DNA from: a virus | IMG/VR virus record: IMGVR_UViG_3300046453_000063 | Location: 99,995 to 163,994 of that record | Reading direction: 5' to 3' (one strand) | Length of the DNA stretch: 64,000 nucleotides | Shown: one piece after another, positions 10,507-20,381 of the stretch | Layout of the letters: the number at the start of each line of letters is the position of its first letter | Numbering within the stretch: the first letter of the stretch is position 1 | Notes under the pieces: generated by a model | Databases searched by the model: none | What the model was told of the DNA's origin: nothing | Seen by the model: only the letters and a program-made list of their open reading frames with translations | Translations under genes and position numbers: made by a program

Positions 10507-10664
10507 AGGCGTTACCTCGTTGGGTAGGATGGAGGGGAGGTCAATCCCCTCATTTGTGAACCTTGTGTACTATTAAATAAAACTTGCCATTTCGGCTTAT
10601 ATCATTGCATTCTTAGTCTTTCAGTTTCTTCTTACAGGTTCCCTTGTTCAGGGGTAAGTTAATC

Positions 10665-10766
10665 GAAGTCGATAGCAGGGCGGCGTATCCTGCATCTCTG
10701 ATAACTTGGAGCGTACACAACGTGCGTTCCAAGCGTGTAGAGAACCTTTTCTACCTTATCGACTTT
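10665..10766 (+). ncRNA. Candidate four-way-junction structured RNA
   Basis: Closing stem AAGTCGATA/TATCGACTT enclosing three hairpins, each with G-U pairs that form only on the + strand. Confidence 0.5.
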
Positions 10767-10832
10767 CAGTTGAGATATTACATCTCTTGAATATGTATGT
10801 ATGATAAAGCTATTGTTTTATATTAATATTTA

Positions 10833-11105
10833 TTATTTAATAGCGTCTTTCAAACCCTTGAGAGCCTTGAAAGTCGTTTTCTTACTGGCGGCGATTTCGA
10901 TTTCTTCGCCTGTTTGCGGATTGCGTCCTTTACGTGCAGCAGTTGGCTTAACGCCGAACTTTGCAAATCCAGCAATGTTCACTTCTTCGTCATTGGCGAG
11001 CGCTTCTGTGATTGCTTCAAACACAGCATTTACCGATGCCTCAACATCCTTCTTAGCCAGTCCGGTTTTTTCTGTTACTACCTTTGCAAGTTCTGTTTTA
11101 TTCAT
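10833..11105 (-). CDS. hup: HU family DNA-binding protein (YonN-like)
   Basis: MNKTEL...GF.KF...ARKGRNPQTGEEIEI...LKDAIK signature. Confidence 0.96.
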   Translation of the reverse strand: MNKTELAKVVTEKTGLAKKDVEASVNAVFEAITEALANDEEVNIAGFAKFGVKPTAARKGRNPQTGEEIEIAASKKTTFKALKGLKDAIK

Positions 11106-11338
11106 TTTAAATTTCTCCCTTAGTTTAATTTTATTTTGTGAGAAGATGATAATCCCTTAATTTTGGATATTAAATCATCATGCTCCCTAAAAGACAATCA
11201 GCATTTTTACATGTTTTTTAAAATACGTTGATTTTTAGGGCTTTTCTAAATTAAAAAAATTTGACATACATATATTTATTGTCCAAAATACCGCGAAAAA
11301 TCAACGTATAACGAAAAATTCCTGAATATACACGTTTT

Positions 11339-13939
11339 TTACTGTTTTCTTTGTTTTTTCCTATACTGTCTTTGTTTTTCGGCATTATATTTCTTCCATT
11401 CTTCTTTTTGACAGTGCTTGCAATAGATTTGATTATTTGTGTTTACTTCAATTCTAGTCCCACAAGACTTGCATAGGACTTTTTCTAAACTATCAATAGT
11501 GTTACTTTTAATATTCTCAACAATAACATCTCCAAAACTAGACCACAGTGTTGTCTTATAGCTACTTTTCTTTTTTTCATACAAGAATTGTACTAGCACA
11601 TCGACTACATGATCTACATCATTACAAACTTCCAATATCTTGTCTCTAATGTTTTTATAAACAAACAAACTATCTCCCGTATAGTGACCATCAACCGGAC
11701 GAGTATCCATAAATCGCTTTTTAAGGTCTAATTCCTTATATCTTTCAATGATTTGATTGTCTATGTCTCTCTTAGCATACTCTTTACTCATCAACACCTT
11801 GTAATCAAATTCTCCTATATTCATTGCAGAGAATTTAATTCTTGGATTAGGGATAAGTTTACCAAGCCTATTGACCACGCTCTCATTAACTGGTTCTACA
11901 TTAGGTTTTTCTTTGTCTTTTGCATATACAAAGAAATAGGGTGTTTTAGACTTTGTATATTCGGTAATTATTTTTTTCTTGTTATTCGGTCTTTCTGGTT
12001 TGTACAAAGTTTTTGCGTAATCAATTGTAAAATTGTTCTCCATACATAATAGTTTGATCACATCCAGGTTAACGTTGTTACTATTCCAGATCTTCGTGAT
12101 GTCGTTACTGATCATCCCAATATTGCCACCAGTATAAGCAGACTTTAATCCTTCATATATAGTCTCATAATTAACAGGTTGTGCTTCTGCTTTTGCCATG
12201 TTGTAGAATAGGGGGTTAATACCTTTCATATTTCTTTCTGCAACTTCTACGATAGTTTTATCATTACAAACTAAACTTTTATCTCCATCAACGTCAAACA
12301 TGAGTATTTTACTGATAGCATCATGACAACTTGTATATAGATTCTTAGTGACGAACCAGCGTTTCATTTCTTTATTTACTTTATTTTTTCGGACAGCGTG
12401 TTCCCGGTATAGATGAGGGCTACGTAAACAATCAAGTTTTTCCTCATCATTATAAAGGAAGCAAGAAACTTCTCCATCATCAATCAACCCTTTGGGGTCT
12501 TTATCGTCCTTAATTAAGTATTCACAAAAAGCATGTAAATCTGGACATATGAATGTGTATTTGCCGCTTATTGAGATCTTCCCGGCTTTTGCAGACATTA
12601 CCATGCTCTTTTTAGTCTGCTTAAGGATTTCTTTGCTATATGTATCATTTAATAGTTCTGGATAAATCTCAAGCGCTTGCTGGACATAGTTTTTGTTTAT
12701 ATTTGTTTCTGTAGCACCAAGTATTTTAAGCATGGTGCGCCGATCTGTTCCAACATTAATGATATTGTTTCTAGTTTCTTCACTAATCGTTCTTAACTCA
12801 TCATCGGTGATGTCTGTTAGGGTTTGAAGCATTTGATAATTCAACTTGGCATTCTTAATGAATGATTCTTCTTCGTTGCACTTTCCTGCATGGCATTTAA
12901 ACTTTTTATAAAATTTCTTGTACTCATCCCAGGAAGAATAGTACTTCCACATTTTAAACTGGCTTTTTGTGAATATTATTTCAATTTTTTCAGCGTTTAG
13001 ATCATGCTCTTTACCATAAATATCTTTAACGGTGCCGTAGAGTCCTTTTTTTGCCTTCTTGTTTTCTTCACGAATGAATTTATCGAAAGGAAAAGGGACT
13101 AACAAACCTTTTACCCAAGGCAGACGCACCATTATACTATTCTTACTAACTCTTGGCAGGATCATTCCACAACCATCTGTGTGTTCGATGGGAATGTCCA
13201 TATTCTTTGTTTCAATTTCATATGTCTTGTCATCAATGAAGTCAACAGTACAGTTAACAAGTGTTTCCATGTCATTGACCACGATAGATTTGTCAATATC
13301 AAACTCATCCCATTTTTCCGTTGCACTATTGCAGAGAGCAAGATAGGCTAGATACTTGTTAATATTGACTCCTTTATGATCATTAATCTTTTTAATGGTA
13401 AGACCACACATCAGCGATTGTTGATATTTATTAAATGTTTTTTCTTTAATGAATACCGTTTTCTTCGTTCTAATTTGTCCCGCGCTTGCTGTAAAGCATA
13501 TGTATTTTTCATTATCAAAGATAAATCCATTATGTATAAGATCTTTTAAAATATCAAAAAAGTAAGTTTGAACAACAAGTATGTCTTTGGTTAAAGTATT
13601 CTGTTTAATCTTTAGAGTTCTTGTTAATACGGAGTCGAATACTGAAATCGTATTTTTTTCTCTAATCAACTCACTACGCAAAACTCTAAGTTCTTCATTT
13701 TTTGTAAATAGTTTGTACAGTGTATCCTTTAGATTTTTAATTCGAGTGGAAGTCCTTGAGATTTTTTCTTCAAATCTTTTTTTTGTGTCGTCTTCAATGT
13801 GAGCTGATTTTATTTTACCTTTTAATAAATATCGAAATCTGTAGTTCTTATTTAATCTTCTATGTATGGACATTTCACTTTCGTTATAAAAGAAACTGGT
13901 ATCGATGCTGTATACATGGACTTGTTTGTCTAGGCTAAT
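11339..13939 (-). CDS. yonO: Single-subunit DNA-dependent RNA polymerase (YonO-like), probable ATT start
   Basis: Catalytic DVDGD (DxDGD), RSPH, TDGCG, RLPWVKG, SAGQIR motifs; in-frame ATT at 13939, 8 nt after GGAGG, restores the N-terminal KQVHVYSIDTS typical of YonO. Confidence 0.92.
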   Translation of the reverse strand: MSLDKQVHVYSIDTSFFYNESEMSIHRRLNKNYRFRYLLKGKIKSAHIEDDTKKRFEEKISRTSTRIKNLKDTLYKLFTKNEELRVLRSELIREKNTISVFDSVLTRTLKIKQNTLTKDILVVQTYFFDILKDLIHNGFIFDNEKYICFTASAGQIRTKKTVFIKEKTFNKYQQSLMCGLTIKKINDHKGVNINKYLAYLALCNSATEKWDEFDIDKSIVVNDMETLVNCTVDFIDDKTYEIETKNMDIPIEHTDGCGMILPRVSKNSIMVRLPWVKGLLVPFPFDKFIREENKKAKKGLYGTVKDIYGKEHDLNAEKIEIIFTKSQFKMWKYYSSWDEYKKFYKKFKCHAGKCNEEESFIKNAKLNYQMLQTLTDITDDELRTISEETRNNIINVGTDRRTMLKILGATETNINKNYVQQALEIYPELLNDTYSKEILKQTKKSMVMSAKAGKISISGKYTFICPDLHAFCEYLIKDDKDPKGLIDDGEVSCFLYNDEEKLDCLRSPHLYREHAVRKNKVNKEMKRWFVTKNLYTSCHDAISKILMFDVDGDKSLVCNDKTIVEVAERNMKGINPLFYNMAKAEAQPVNYETIYEGLKSAYTGGNIGMISNDITKIWNSNNVNLDVIKLLCMENNFTIDYAKTLYKPERPNNKKKIITEYTKSKTPYFFVYAKDKEKPNVEPVNESVVNRLGKLIPNPRIKFSAMNIGEFDYKVLMSKEYAKRDIDNQIIERYKELDLKKRFMDTRPVDGHYTGDSLFVYKNIRDKILEVCNDVDHVVDVLVQFLYEKKKSSYKTTLWSSFGDVIVENIKSNTIDSLEKVLCKSCGTRIEVNTNNQIYCKHCQKEEWKKYNAEKQRQYRKKQRKQ

Positions 13940-13995
13940 CTCAAATTCCTCCTGTCTGGTATTGTTAAGTGATATATGTATATTTATTAATTAAT

Positions 13996-14271
13996 TCAAT
14001 TCAACTCTAAACTCAACAAGCTTACTCCAACCTGTGGATTAAACGGTTCTCTATAAAATACTCCACTATTAGCATTATTCATCATCCAAAGTACTCCATC
14101 GTCTACCATATTAGAATCTAGATATTTTGTACAATCGTTCAATCCTTCTTTCATTTCTTTGGAAACAAACTTCTCATCCAGATAATCAGCGTCTCCATCA
14201 TAATACTTATCTTCCATTTCCTTAATTGAAAATCCTTGATATTGCATATTAATCTCCTGTGTTTTTTTCAT
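13996..14271 (-). CDS. Hypothetical protein upstream of yonO
   Basis: 91-aa ORF with AAGGG RBS, co-oriented with the operon. Confidence 0.6.
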   Translation of the reverse strand: MKKTQEINMQYQGFSIKEMEDKYYDGDADYLDEKFVSKEMKEGLNDCTKYLDSNMVDDGVLWMMNNANSGVFYREPFNPQVGVSLLSLELN

Positions 14272-14339
14272 ATTATGTATTCCCTTGCCCTTTCTTTTAT
14301 ACCCTCGTATGTTTTATTCAGGAGATGCTTGCTTGTGTT

Positions 14340-14520
14340 TAGCAATCTCTCTCTGTGTTTATAATATAACATGATAATATTGCATAGTCAACATATATTT
14401 ATTAATTAAATTTACCAAACAACACATGAAGAGGGTTCTATGTTGCTTCATTATATATAACAAAAAAGATGAAGAATTTAATGAATAAATATATACATAA
14501 ACATAATAATGTGATATGAT
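14340..14520. promoter_or_regulatory. Divergent promoter region (yonO operon versus recombinase operon) carrying the phage operator motif in both orientations
   Basis: CAACATATATTTATTAATTAAA (14390-14411, reverse copy overlapping TTGACT) and TTTAATGAATAAATATA (14477-14493). Confidence 0.65.
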
Positions 14521-14592
14521 GTGTTTATGAGACAGATGGATACAAACATAATGAATTCAAAAAACAATACATATAATAAGGAGGAGAACAAT

Positions 14593-15660
14593 ATGAGTGC
14601 TATAACAAACAATGTAGTGGGATTACATATGGGTAATGTATGGGAAGACATCCAGACACACCTAAAAGGATTTGAAAGCAAACACACATCTGAAAATTAT
14701 GAACGTGGTTTGAGAAAGTTCTTTCAGTGGTTTAAAGGAAAAGATCTGGAGTTGCTGACAAGAGAGGACTTATACATCAGAAATGCAGATGTTTTGAAAT
14801 ACCGCAACTTTTTAAAAGAAATACTCGATGAAGAAGGCGAGAGACAATACACTAACACTTCAATCAACAATGTCATTGCTGCTATTCAATCACTCTATGT
14901 GTTTCTTGAGAAGAATGACTATGATGTTAAATCTGTGACCACCAGAGCGAATCCACTTGCTGACGACTCTGTAAGATGTGGAGCGCTTTACACTCATGAA
15001 GCTGAAAAAATGGCCGACATTATTATTGATACTGTCAAAGGAATAGAAAAATCAGCATTGATCAGAATGGCATATATAACAAGCTTTCGTAAGGGATCTT
15101 TGCTTAGATTAGAATGGGATGATATTGTAGAACACCCAAGTAACAAGTATTACGAAGTTACTGTAATGGGCAAAGGCGGTAAGAAACATACTGTTCCAAT
15201 TTCAGAAGATCTTTATCAATATGTTCTAAAAATTAAGGATCAGAGGTACTACGAAAGATACAATGATAATAAAATATTCCATTTAAGTACTGGTGCAATT
15301 CAAGATATGATGACTTATTTAAAGGATAAAATGAGCATCTCTGAACAAAGAAATGTAGTATTTCATAGCTTCCGAAATGTTGCTTCTATGTATGGTACTT
15401 TAGAAGAAGCTAAAGAGCATTATAATCACAGTAGCTTTAATGTAACAGAAAAATATAGACATAAAGATAATGATATGAGCAATAGTTTGAGTTTGAGAAT
15501 TGGCGAGAAGATTGACGATGAGATTTTTATGGAGTTAAGCAAAGAGGAGATTATTCAATTAGTGTTGAGACAGAATGAAGGAGTGATTCATCAGATGAAG
15601 AGAGACGCACAGAAAATTGTTAATGATAAAAATGAAAATAAAAAGGAGAGTGTTGAGTAA
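14593..15660 (+). CDS. Tyrosine recombinase/integrase with intact catalytic residues
   Basis: SAM-like N-domain; R (TSFRKG), K (GKGGK), HSFR, H and Y (NHSS...KY); GGAGG RBS before ATG 14593. Confidence 0.88.
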   Translation: MSAITNNVVGLHMGNVWEDIQTHLKGFESKHTSENYERGLRKFFQWFKGKDLELLTREDLYIRNADVLKYRNFLKEILDEEGERQYTNTSINNVIAAIQSLYVFLEKNDYDVKSVTTRANPLADDSVRCGALYTHEAEKMADIIIDTVKGIEKSALIRMAYITSFRKGSLLRLEWDDIVEHPSNKYYEVTVMGKGGKKHTVPISEDLYQYVLKIKDQRYYERYNDNKIFHLSTGAIQDMMTYLKDKMSISEQRNVVFHSFRNVASMYGTLEEAKEHYNHSSFNVTEKYRHKDNDMSNSLSLRIGEKIDDEIFMELSKEEIIQLVLRQNEGVIHQMKRDAQKIVNDKNENKKESVE

Positions 15661-17946
15661 TTGAATCCTATTATTGAGTTGAAGTTAACGCCAGATCGAA
15701 TGATGTATCCCAAGAGAGAAGCAGATAATAAGGGAGATTTCAGAATCTATTCGTGTAAGACGGAAAGTCAAAATGTAATTCTCAATGATTACAACCGAGT
15801 TTCGATAAAAGGAGTGATGCAGAGACTTGAAATTGGAGTTGAATATGACGCTCAAATTCAGTTAGAGAAAATCGATCCTCAGTATGGAGCAAGTTACAAT
15901 GTGTTGTCTGTATACCAAGACATTCCAGAAACAATGGATGGTCAAAAGTCCTTTCTTGCAACAATGGTAACTGAACAACAACTGAAGGAAATTTATACCA
16001 CCTATCCAGATGAAGATATTATTAAACTATTCGTTGATGATAAATTTGATTATAAAAAAGTGAAGAGTTTTGGACCAGTGGTATACCAACGAGTCAAAAA
16101 TAGAATCATTGAAAACATAGCATATAAAGAAATTTTAAGCAGACTTGGAAAGTATGGAATTACGTATGATGTTATTTTAAAGCTCGAAGAAGTGTTTAAA
16201 AGTAAAGAGTTAGCTATACAGAAAATTGAAGAGAATCCATACGAATTAACCAGGATTCACGGATATGGATTCAAGAAAGCAGATAAAATTGCAAAACTGA
16301 TGGGTGTTGCTCACGATGATCCTAATCGAATCAAATACGGAATTAGATTTGCTATTGACGAGAACCAGCAAAGCGGACATACTTTTATGTACCGGGAAGA
16401 ACTGCTGAGAAACGCGTCAGAAAAGTTGGAGTTAGAGATTGATCAAATACATAATCTGTTAGATGAGACTGATGAATTGAAATTTATTGATGATAAAGTG
16501 TCTTTAATTAAAACATATAATGCGGAATTTTACATTGCAAAAAGATTGACTGAAATACTGAAGAATGGTGAACCATTAGATTTTGATCCAGAAGAGTTTA
16601 TCAAATACATAGAGAATAAATATATTGATATTATACCTAAAGGATTGACACATCAACAAAAGGATTTCTTTAGAAACATACAAAAGAATTCGGTTAACTT
16701 GTTGGTGGGGTACGCAGGAACCGGAAAAAGTCAGATGCAAATGTTTCTAATTGAATTATTGGATTGGCTGGGTTTAACTTACACAATGGTATCTCCTTCG
16801 GCAAAGGCTGCTAAGGTTACAAAGAAATATACCGGATTTAATGCACTAACCACACATAGAAAGATTGGGTATGGTCGAGGTGGAAAAGACGAAGAACATC
16901 TATATGAGATTTATGAAGACTTCGTGATTATGGATGAATCAGGAATGACAGACGTATTTATTTTATCTTCGTTGCTGGCTAAAATTAAGAATCCTAAAAC
17001 AAGACTGTTATTTGTAGGTGACGACTTTCAACTCCTCAGTATTCAGGCCGGGAACTTCCTTCATGATATAATCCAGTGCGGAACAATCCCTCTTACGAAG
17101 CTAGATATTGTATTTAGACAAGAAAAAGGTGGAATCCTAGACATTGCAACGAAGATCCGTCAAGGAAAACACTTTGTCAAAGACAGTTTTGTTAATGATA
17201 AGATACTCTTTGGAGAAGATTTTCTTTTACATTGTGTAGATCAATGTAATATGGAATCTCACTATAAAGGATATTATAACGTATTAATGAAATTGTTTCC
17301 GCCTGAAGATATTATGGTTTTAACTCCAACAAAGAAAGGAAAACTTGGAACAGTTGAAATAAATAAATATATACAATCGGTTGTTAATCCAGATGATGGC
17401 GCGAAGAAGCAATACGAATATGGATATGAGAAAGAGAACATAATTCGAGTAAATGATTTTGTCATGAACACTGTTAATATGTACGACATTTCAAATATTG
17501 ATGACGAAGGAACGGACGTGGTGAATGGCGATTCTGGAATTATAATTGATATTAAATTTGAAGATGAGAAAAGACCTGTGAATAAATACGATGTAGACGA
17601 TGATGATCAAATTAGAGAAAGTGAAAAGAAAGGGATTATTATTCAGTTTGATGATGCTGTAGTAAGATTGGATTTTGGGTTAGCGATGCAACTATTACAT
17701 AGCTGGTGCTATACCATTCATAAGGCCCAAGGATCAGGGAGTGAGGCAACTTTATGCATATTGGATAAGTCCAATAAATATCAAGCATCTGCAAACTTAG
17801 TATATACAGCAATAACGAGAAGTAAGAAAAAATGTATATTCTTGACTCAGGCCGAAACGCTGAATTTCGCTATTCGTAAAGTTGATAATATGAGAAGAAA
17901 TACACATCTATGTGATTTGTTAAAGGCTGCTGTGGGAAATGAGTAA
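15661..17946 (+). CDS. recD2: RecD2-like ATP-dependent helicase
   Basis: NPY..HGYGFKKAD HhH, GYAGTGKS, MDESGM, VGD..QL, FRQ, NGD.G, TIHKAQGS, YTAITR. Confidence 0.92.
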   Translation: MNPIIELKLTPDRMMYPKREADNKGDFRIYSCKTESQNVILNDYNRVSIKGVMQRLEIGVEYDAQIQLEKIDPQYGASYNVLSVYQDIPETMDGQKSFLATMVTEQQLKEIYTTYPDEDIIKLFVDDKFDYKKVKSFGPVVYQRVKNRIIENIAYKEILSRLGKYGITYDVILKLEEVFKSKELAIQKIEENPYELTRIHGYGFKKADKIAKLMGVAHDDPNRIKYGIRFAIDENQQSGHTFMYREELLRNASEKLELEIDQIHNLLDETDELKFIDDKVSLIKTYNAEFYIAKRLTEILKNGEPLDFDPEEFIKYIENKYIDIIPKGLTHQQKDFFRNIQKNSVNLLVGYAGTGKSQMQMFLIELLDWLGLTYTMVSPSAKAAKVTKKYTGFNALTTHRKIGYGRGGKDEEHLYEIYEDFVIMDESGMTDVFILSSLLAKIKNPKTRLLFVGDDFQLLSIQAGNFLHDIIQCGTIPLTKLDIVFRQEKGGILDIATKIRQGKHFVKDSFVNDKILFGEDFLLHCVDQCNMESHYKGYYNVLMKLFPPEDIMVLTPTKKGKLGTVEINKYIQSVVNPDDGAKKQYEYGYEKENIIRVNDFVMNTVNMYDISNIDDEGTDVVNGDSGIIIDIKFEDEKRPVNKYDVDDDDQIRESEKKGIIIQFDDAVVRLDFGLAMQLLHSWCYTIHKAQGSGSEATLCILDKSNKYQASANLVYTAITRSKKKCIFLTQAETLNFAIRKVDNMRRNTHLCDLLKAAVGNE

Positions 17947-18613
17947 AGATAATACAAATAAGAAACAATACATAAAGATTAGAACAGATGTCGTGAGGGA
18001 TGAAAATATAACTGCTAATGATTTTGCAATAATCTTATATCTCAAATACATGACCTGGAAGACTGGTGGTAAATACAGGTTTGAGGTATTATTGTCTGAG
18101 TTAAAAAGTTTTCTCAATGTAGCTGATAATAAATCACTTAAGCCTATATACACAAGTCTTTATAATAACGAGTACATAATTGAACCTATGAAGCCACTGA
18201 AACCAAATACACCTATACTTTTTGTTTTAAATAAAAATAAGTTTAATACTGATGATTTAAGTGGAGATGAATTTTTTACTCATCTCCCTATCAGTATTTT
18301 GTTTGGTCTTAAAGATGGGAAGATTGATAAGAAAGAAGTTAGAATATTGTATTATTTGAAAAGTTATATTAATTATACTGATTCAAAAAAGCATTTTTGT
18401 TATACGGGAATTGAGAAGACGATGACCAGAGAACTGAACATGAGCGAGAAGACAATACCCAAATACACAAAATCACTTGTCGATAAAAAATTAATAAATA
18501 TAGAGAGACATGTTTTTAAAACTGAATACCAGTATGATGAAAATGGGAAGCTGCTATTTAACAAGTTCAACAATCACTATTATATCAATTATGAAAACAT
18601 AGTTGATCTATAG
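17939..18613 (+). CDS. Putative replication initiator (tandem winged-helix)
   Basis: Two wHTH-like repeats (ILYLKY...ELKSFL; ILYYLKSY...TMTRELNMSEKTIPKYTKSLVDKKLI); iterons start 14 nt after the stop. Confidence 0.65.
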   Translation: MSKDNTNKKQYIKIRTDVVRDENITANDFAIILYLKYMTWKTGGKYRFEVLLSELKSFLNVADNKSLKPIYTSLYNNEYIIEPMKPLKPNTPILFVLNKNKFNTDDLSGDEFFTHLPISILFGLKDGKIDKKEVRILYYLKSYINYTDSKKHFCYTGIEKTMTRELNMSEKTIPKYTKSLVDKKLINIERHVFKTEYQYDENGKLLFNKFNNHYYINYENIVDL

Positions 18614-18623
18614 AGAATTCCTC

Positions 18624-18719
18624 TACCCGTAATTTTTCCCACTACTAACCGTAATATCTCCCACATCCTACCGTAAAATATCCCTTATCTAACCGTAATT
18701 CATCCGGGAGAGATTACGG
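18624..18719 (+). repeat. Iteron array: four direct repeats at exact 22-bp period plus one inverted copy (putative origin)
   Basis: CCGTAA core at 18627, 18649, 18671, 18693; inverted TTACGG at 18714-18719. Confidence 0.85.
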
Positions 18720-20280
18720 ACTAGTACTTATGTACTTAGATCTTTATATTTTAGATGTTTAGATACAGTATTTAGAAACACGCTGCGCTAGTTTCTGTGA
18801 GCTTGACAACTGATTGAAAACGGAGAGATGAAAGATTAAAGAAAGATCAAAAGATAAAACCAACTTAAACGGTTGTTGTGTGTTTGGCATTAAAGTATTC
18901 AGTATTAATTTCATTATAAATTATGTATGATTTTATAATTATCATATGGGGATGAATAAATAGACAAGATGGATAGTTGAGATGTGAATTCAATATAAAT
19001 TATAAAGGAATCTGAGTTTAAAATTGAAATTGAGTTGTGATGGAAAGTGTAACTTAAAACGTAAAGTGTGCGATAGATGAAAAATAAATTTGAATATTTA
19101 TATGTGGGTAGTATCCAGGATATTGGATGCTACCTTTTTTATGTTAATGTACCCCCTCCCCTGGAGATAAGATAATATGATGATAAATTTTAATCGTGAG
19201 TGAGAAATGAGGTGAATGTAGTGTCGATTAGAATTAGAAAAATGATGATAATTTGAGGTTGGTGAGAGGTAAAAAGTGTAGACAGAATAAGGATATTCTT
19301 GTGTTTTGGATGTGCCGATATGAGTGTGGGTTGGTGATTCGATGGTAAGAGATGGATTGCGATATATAGGTTAATCGTAAAAGATGAGGAAATATAAGGG
19401 TTATTGAGGTGAAATGGGGGATAAATGTGGAAAATGAGGTGATTTTAGAGGAAATTAAGGGGAAAAAGTGTAGGAAATATAAGGGGTTTACGATTGAAAT
19501 TACGATTGAAATTAGGGTGAAAATTGGAGAATATAAATTATAAATTGGAAGAGGATGGGAAAATGAGAGGAGAGTAAATTGGGGAGTGAGAGGAGATAAA
19601 AAGTAAAAATTGAGTTGAGTGTAGGAGTGGAACAGATAGCGGACTATTTTCTATATTTACCAGTTATTGGGTTGTAAACTACCCCCGGTATCCCTTTATA
19701 GATAGCACATAAGTATAGTTGTATGCTATCTAGCATGCATGATCAACCTTGACAACTCACCAGTTATATACTACTTATCTCGCTGGATTTTATTTAAAAT
19801 TTTTATTAAATTGACCATATTTTCATTTGAAATTTTCAACTCCAGACATAACATATATGATATCACTGTATATATCCAATATACACACTCACAGAATCGA
19901 ACGATAACGCGAAGTCTCTAAATTATGACATCACACTGTATCATTAGTATTATACTCTGTTATATAACACAGAAATATGCATGCACATGTATCACTTATC
20001 GGTGTACTTGTCATACTGTTTAAGTATCTCACTATTCAATTGCACACAATCTAATTTATATCAATATAATTGTTATCTATTTAATTGTATCATCTATAGC
20101 TTCTTATCTAATGATGGATGTTCCTCATCCGTAATAATACATTGTATACAATTAAATTTTAAAAAATTTAATTTACATAAATACAAATAGTCTTACAGTC
20201 CCACTTACTCACTTTGATCACTATACCATAGACTGTACCTAAACTATAGCATATGATTCAACTCTAATACTCCAGTGATG
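18720..20280. other. Long non-coding region with sharp G-rich to C-rich switch near 19680
   Basis: No credible ORFs; TACCCCC motifs at about 19150 and 19680; tandem TTACGATTGAAA x2 at 19488-19511; inverted repeat 19701-19730. Confidence 0.7.
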
Positions 20281-20328
20281 TTTAATAAATAAATATATGT
20301 TGCAATCATCTAATATCCATGCTATAAT
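20281..20328 (+). promoter_or_regulatory. Early sigma-A promoter with conserved upstream operator motif
   Basis: TTTAATAAATAAATATATG, then TTGCAA-17-TATAAT with extended TG. Confidence 0.8.
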
Positions 20329-20381
20329 AAATATATAAAGTAAATGATACATATTAATCCTATCCCTTGGAGGTTATCCAC

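Noticed and set aside
10665-10766. tRNA gene
   Set aside because: Cloverleaf-like, but arm lengths are wrong and there is no TTCRA T-loop, 7-nt anticodon loop or CCA.
289-13938. Plus-strand ORFs in the track (e.g. 739-1101, 2075-2380, 10801-11160, 13059-13346)
   Set aside because: Antisense shadows of well-supported minus-strand genes, with no RBS or motifs.
2620-13939. Introns or inteins in terminase or RNA polymerase
   Set aside because: Both ORFs are continuous and of expected size; the endonuclease genes are free-standing.
18624-18719. Repeat array as a mini-CRISPR
   Set aside because: The period is only 22 bp with no unique 30-40 nt spacers; it fits iterons.
19739-20190. Two short ORFs (19739-19921, 19981-20190)
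   Set aside because: No RBS, low-complexity AT-rich translation, inside the non-coding skewed region.
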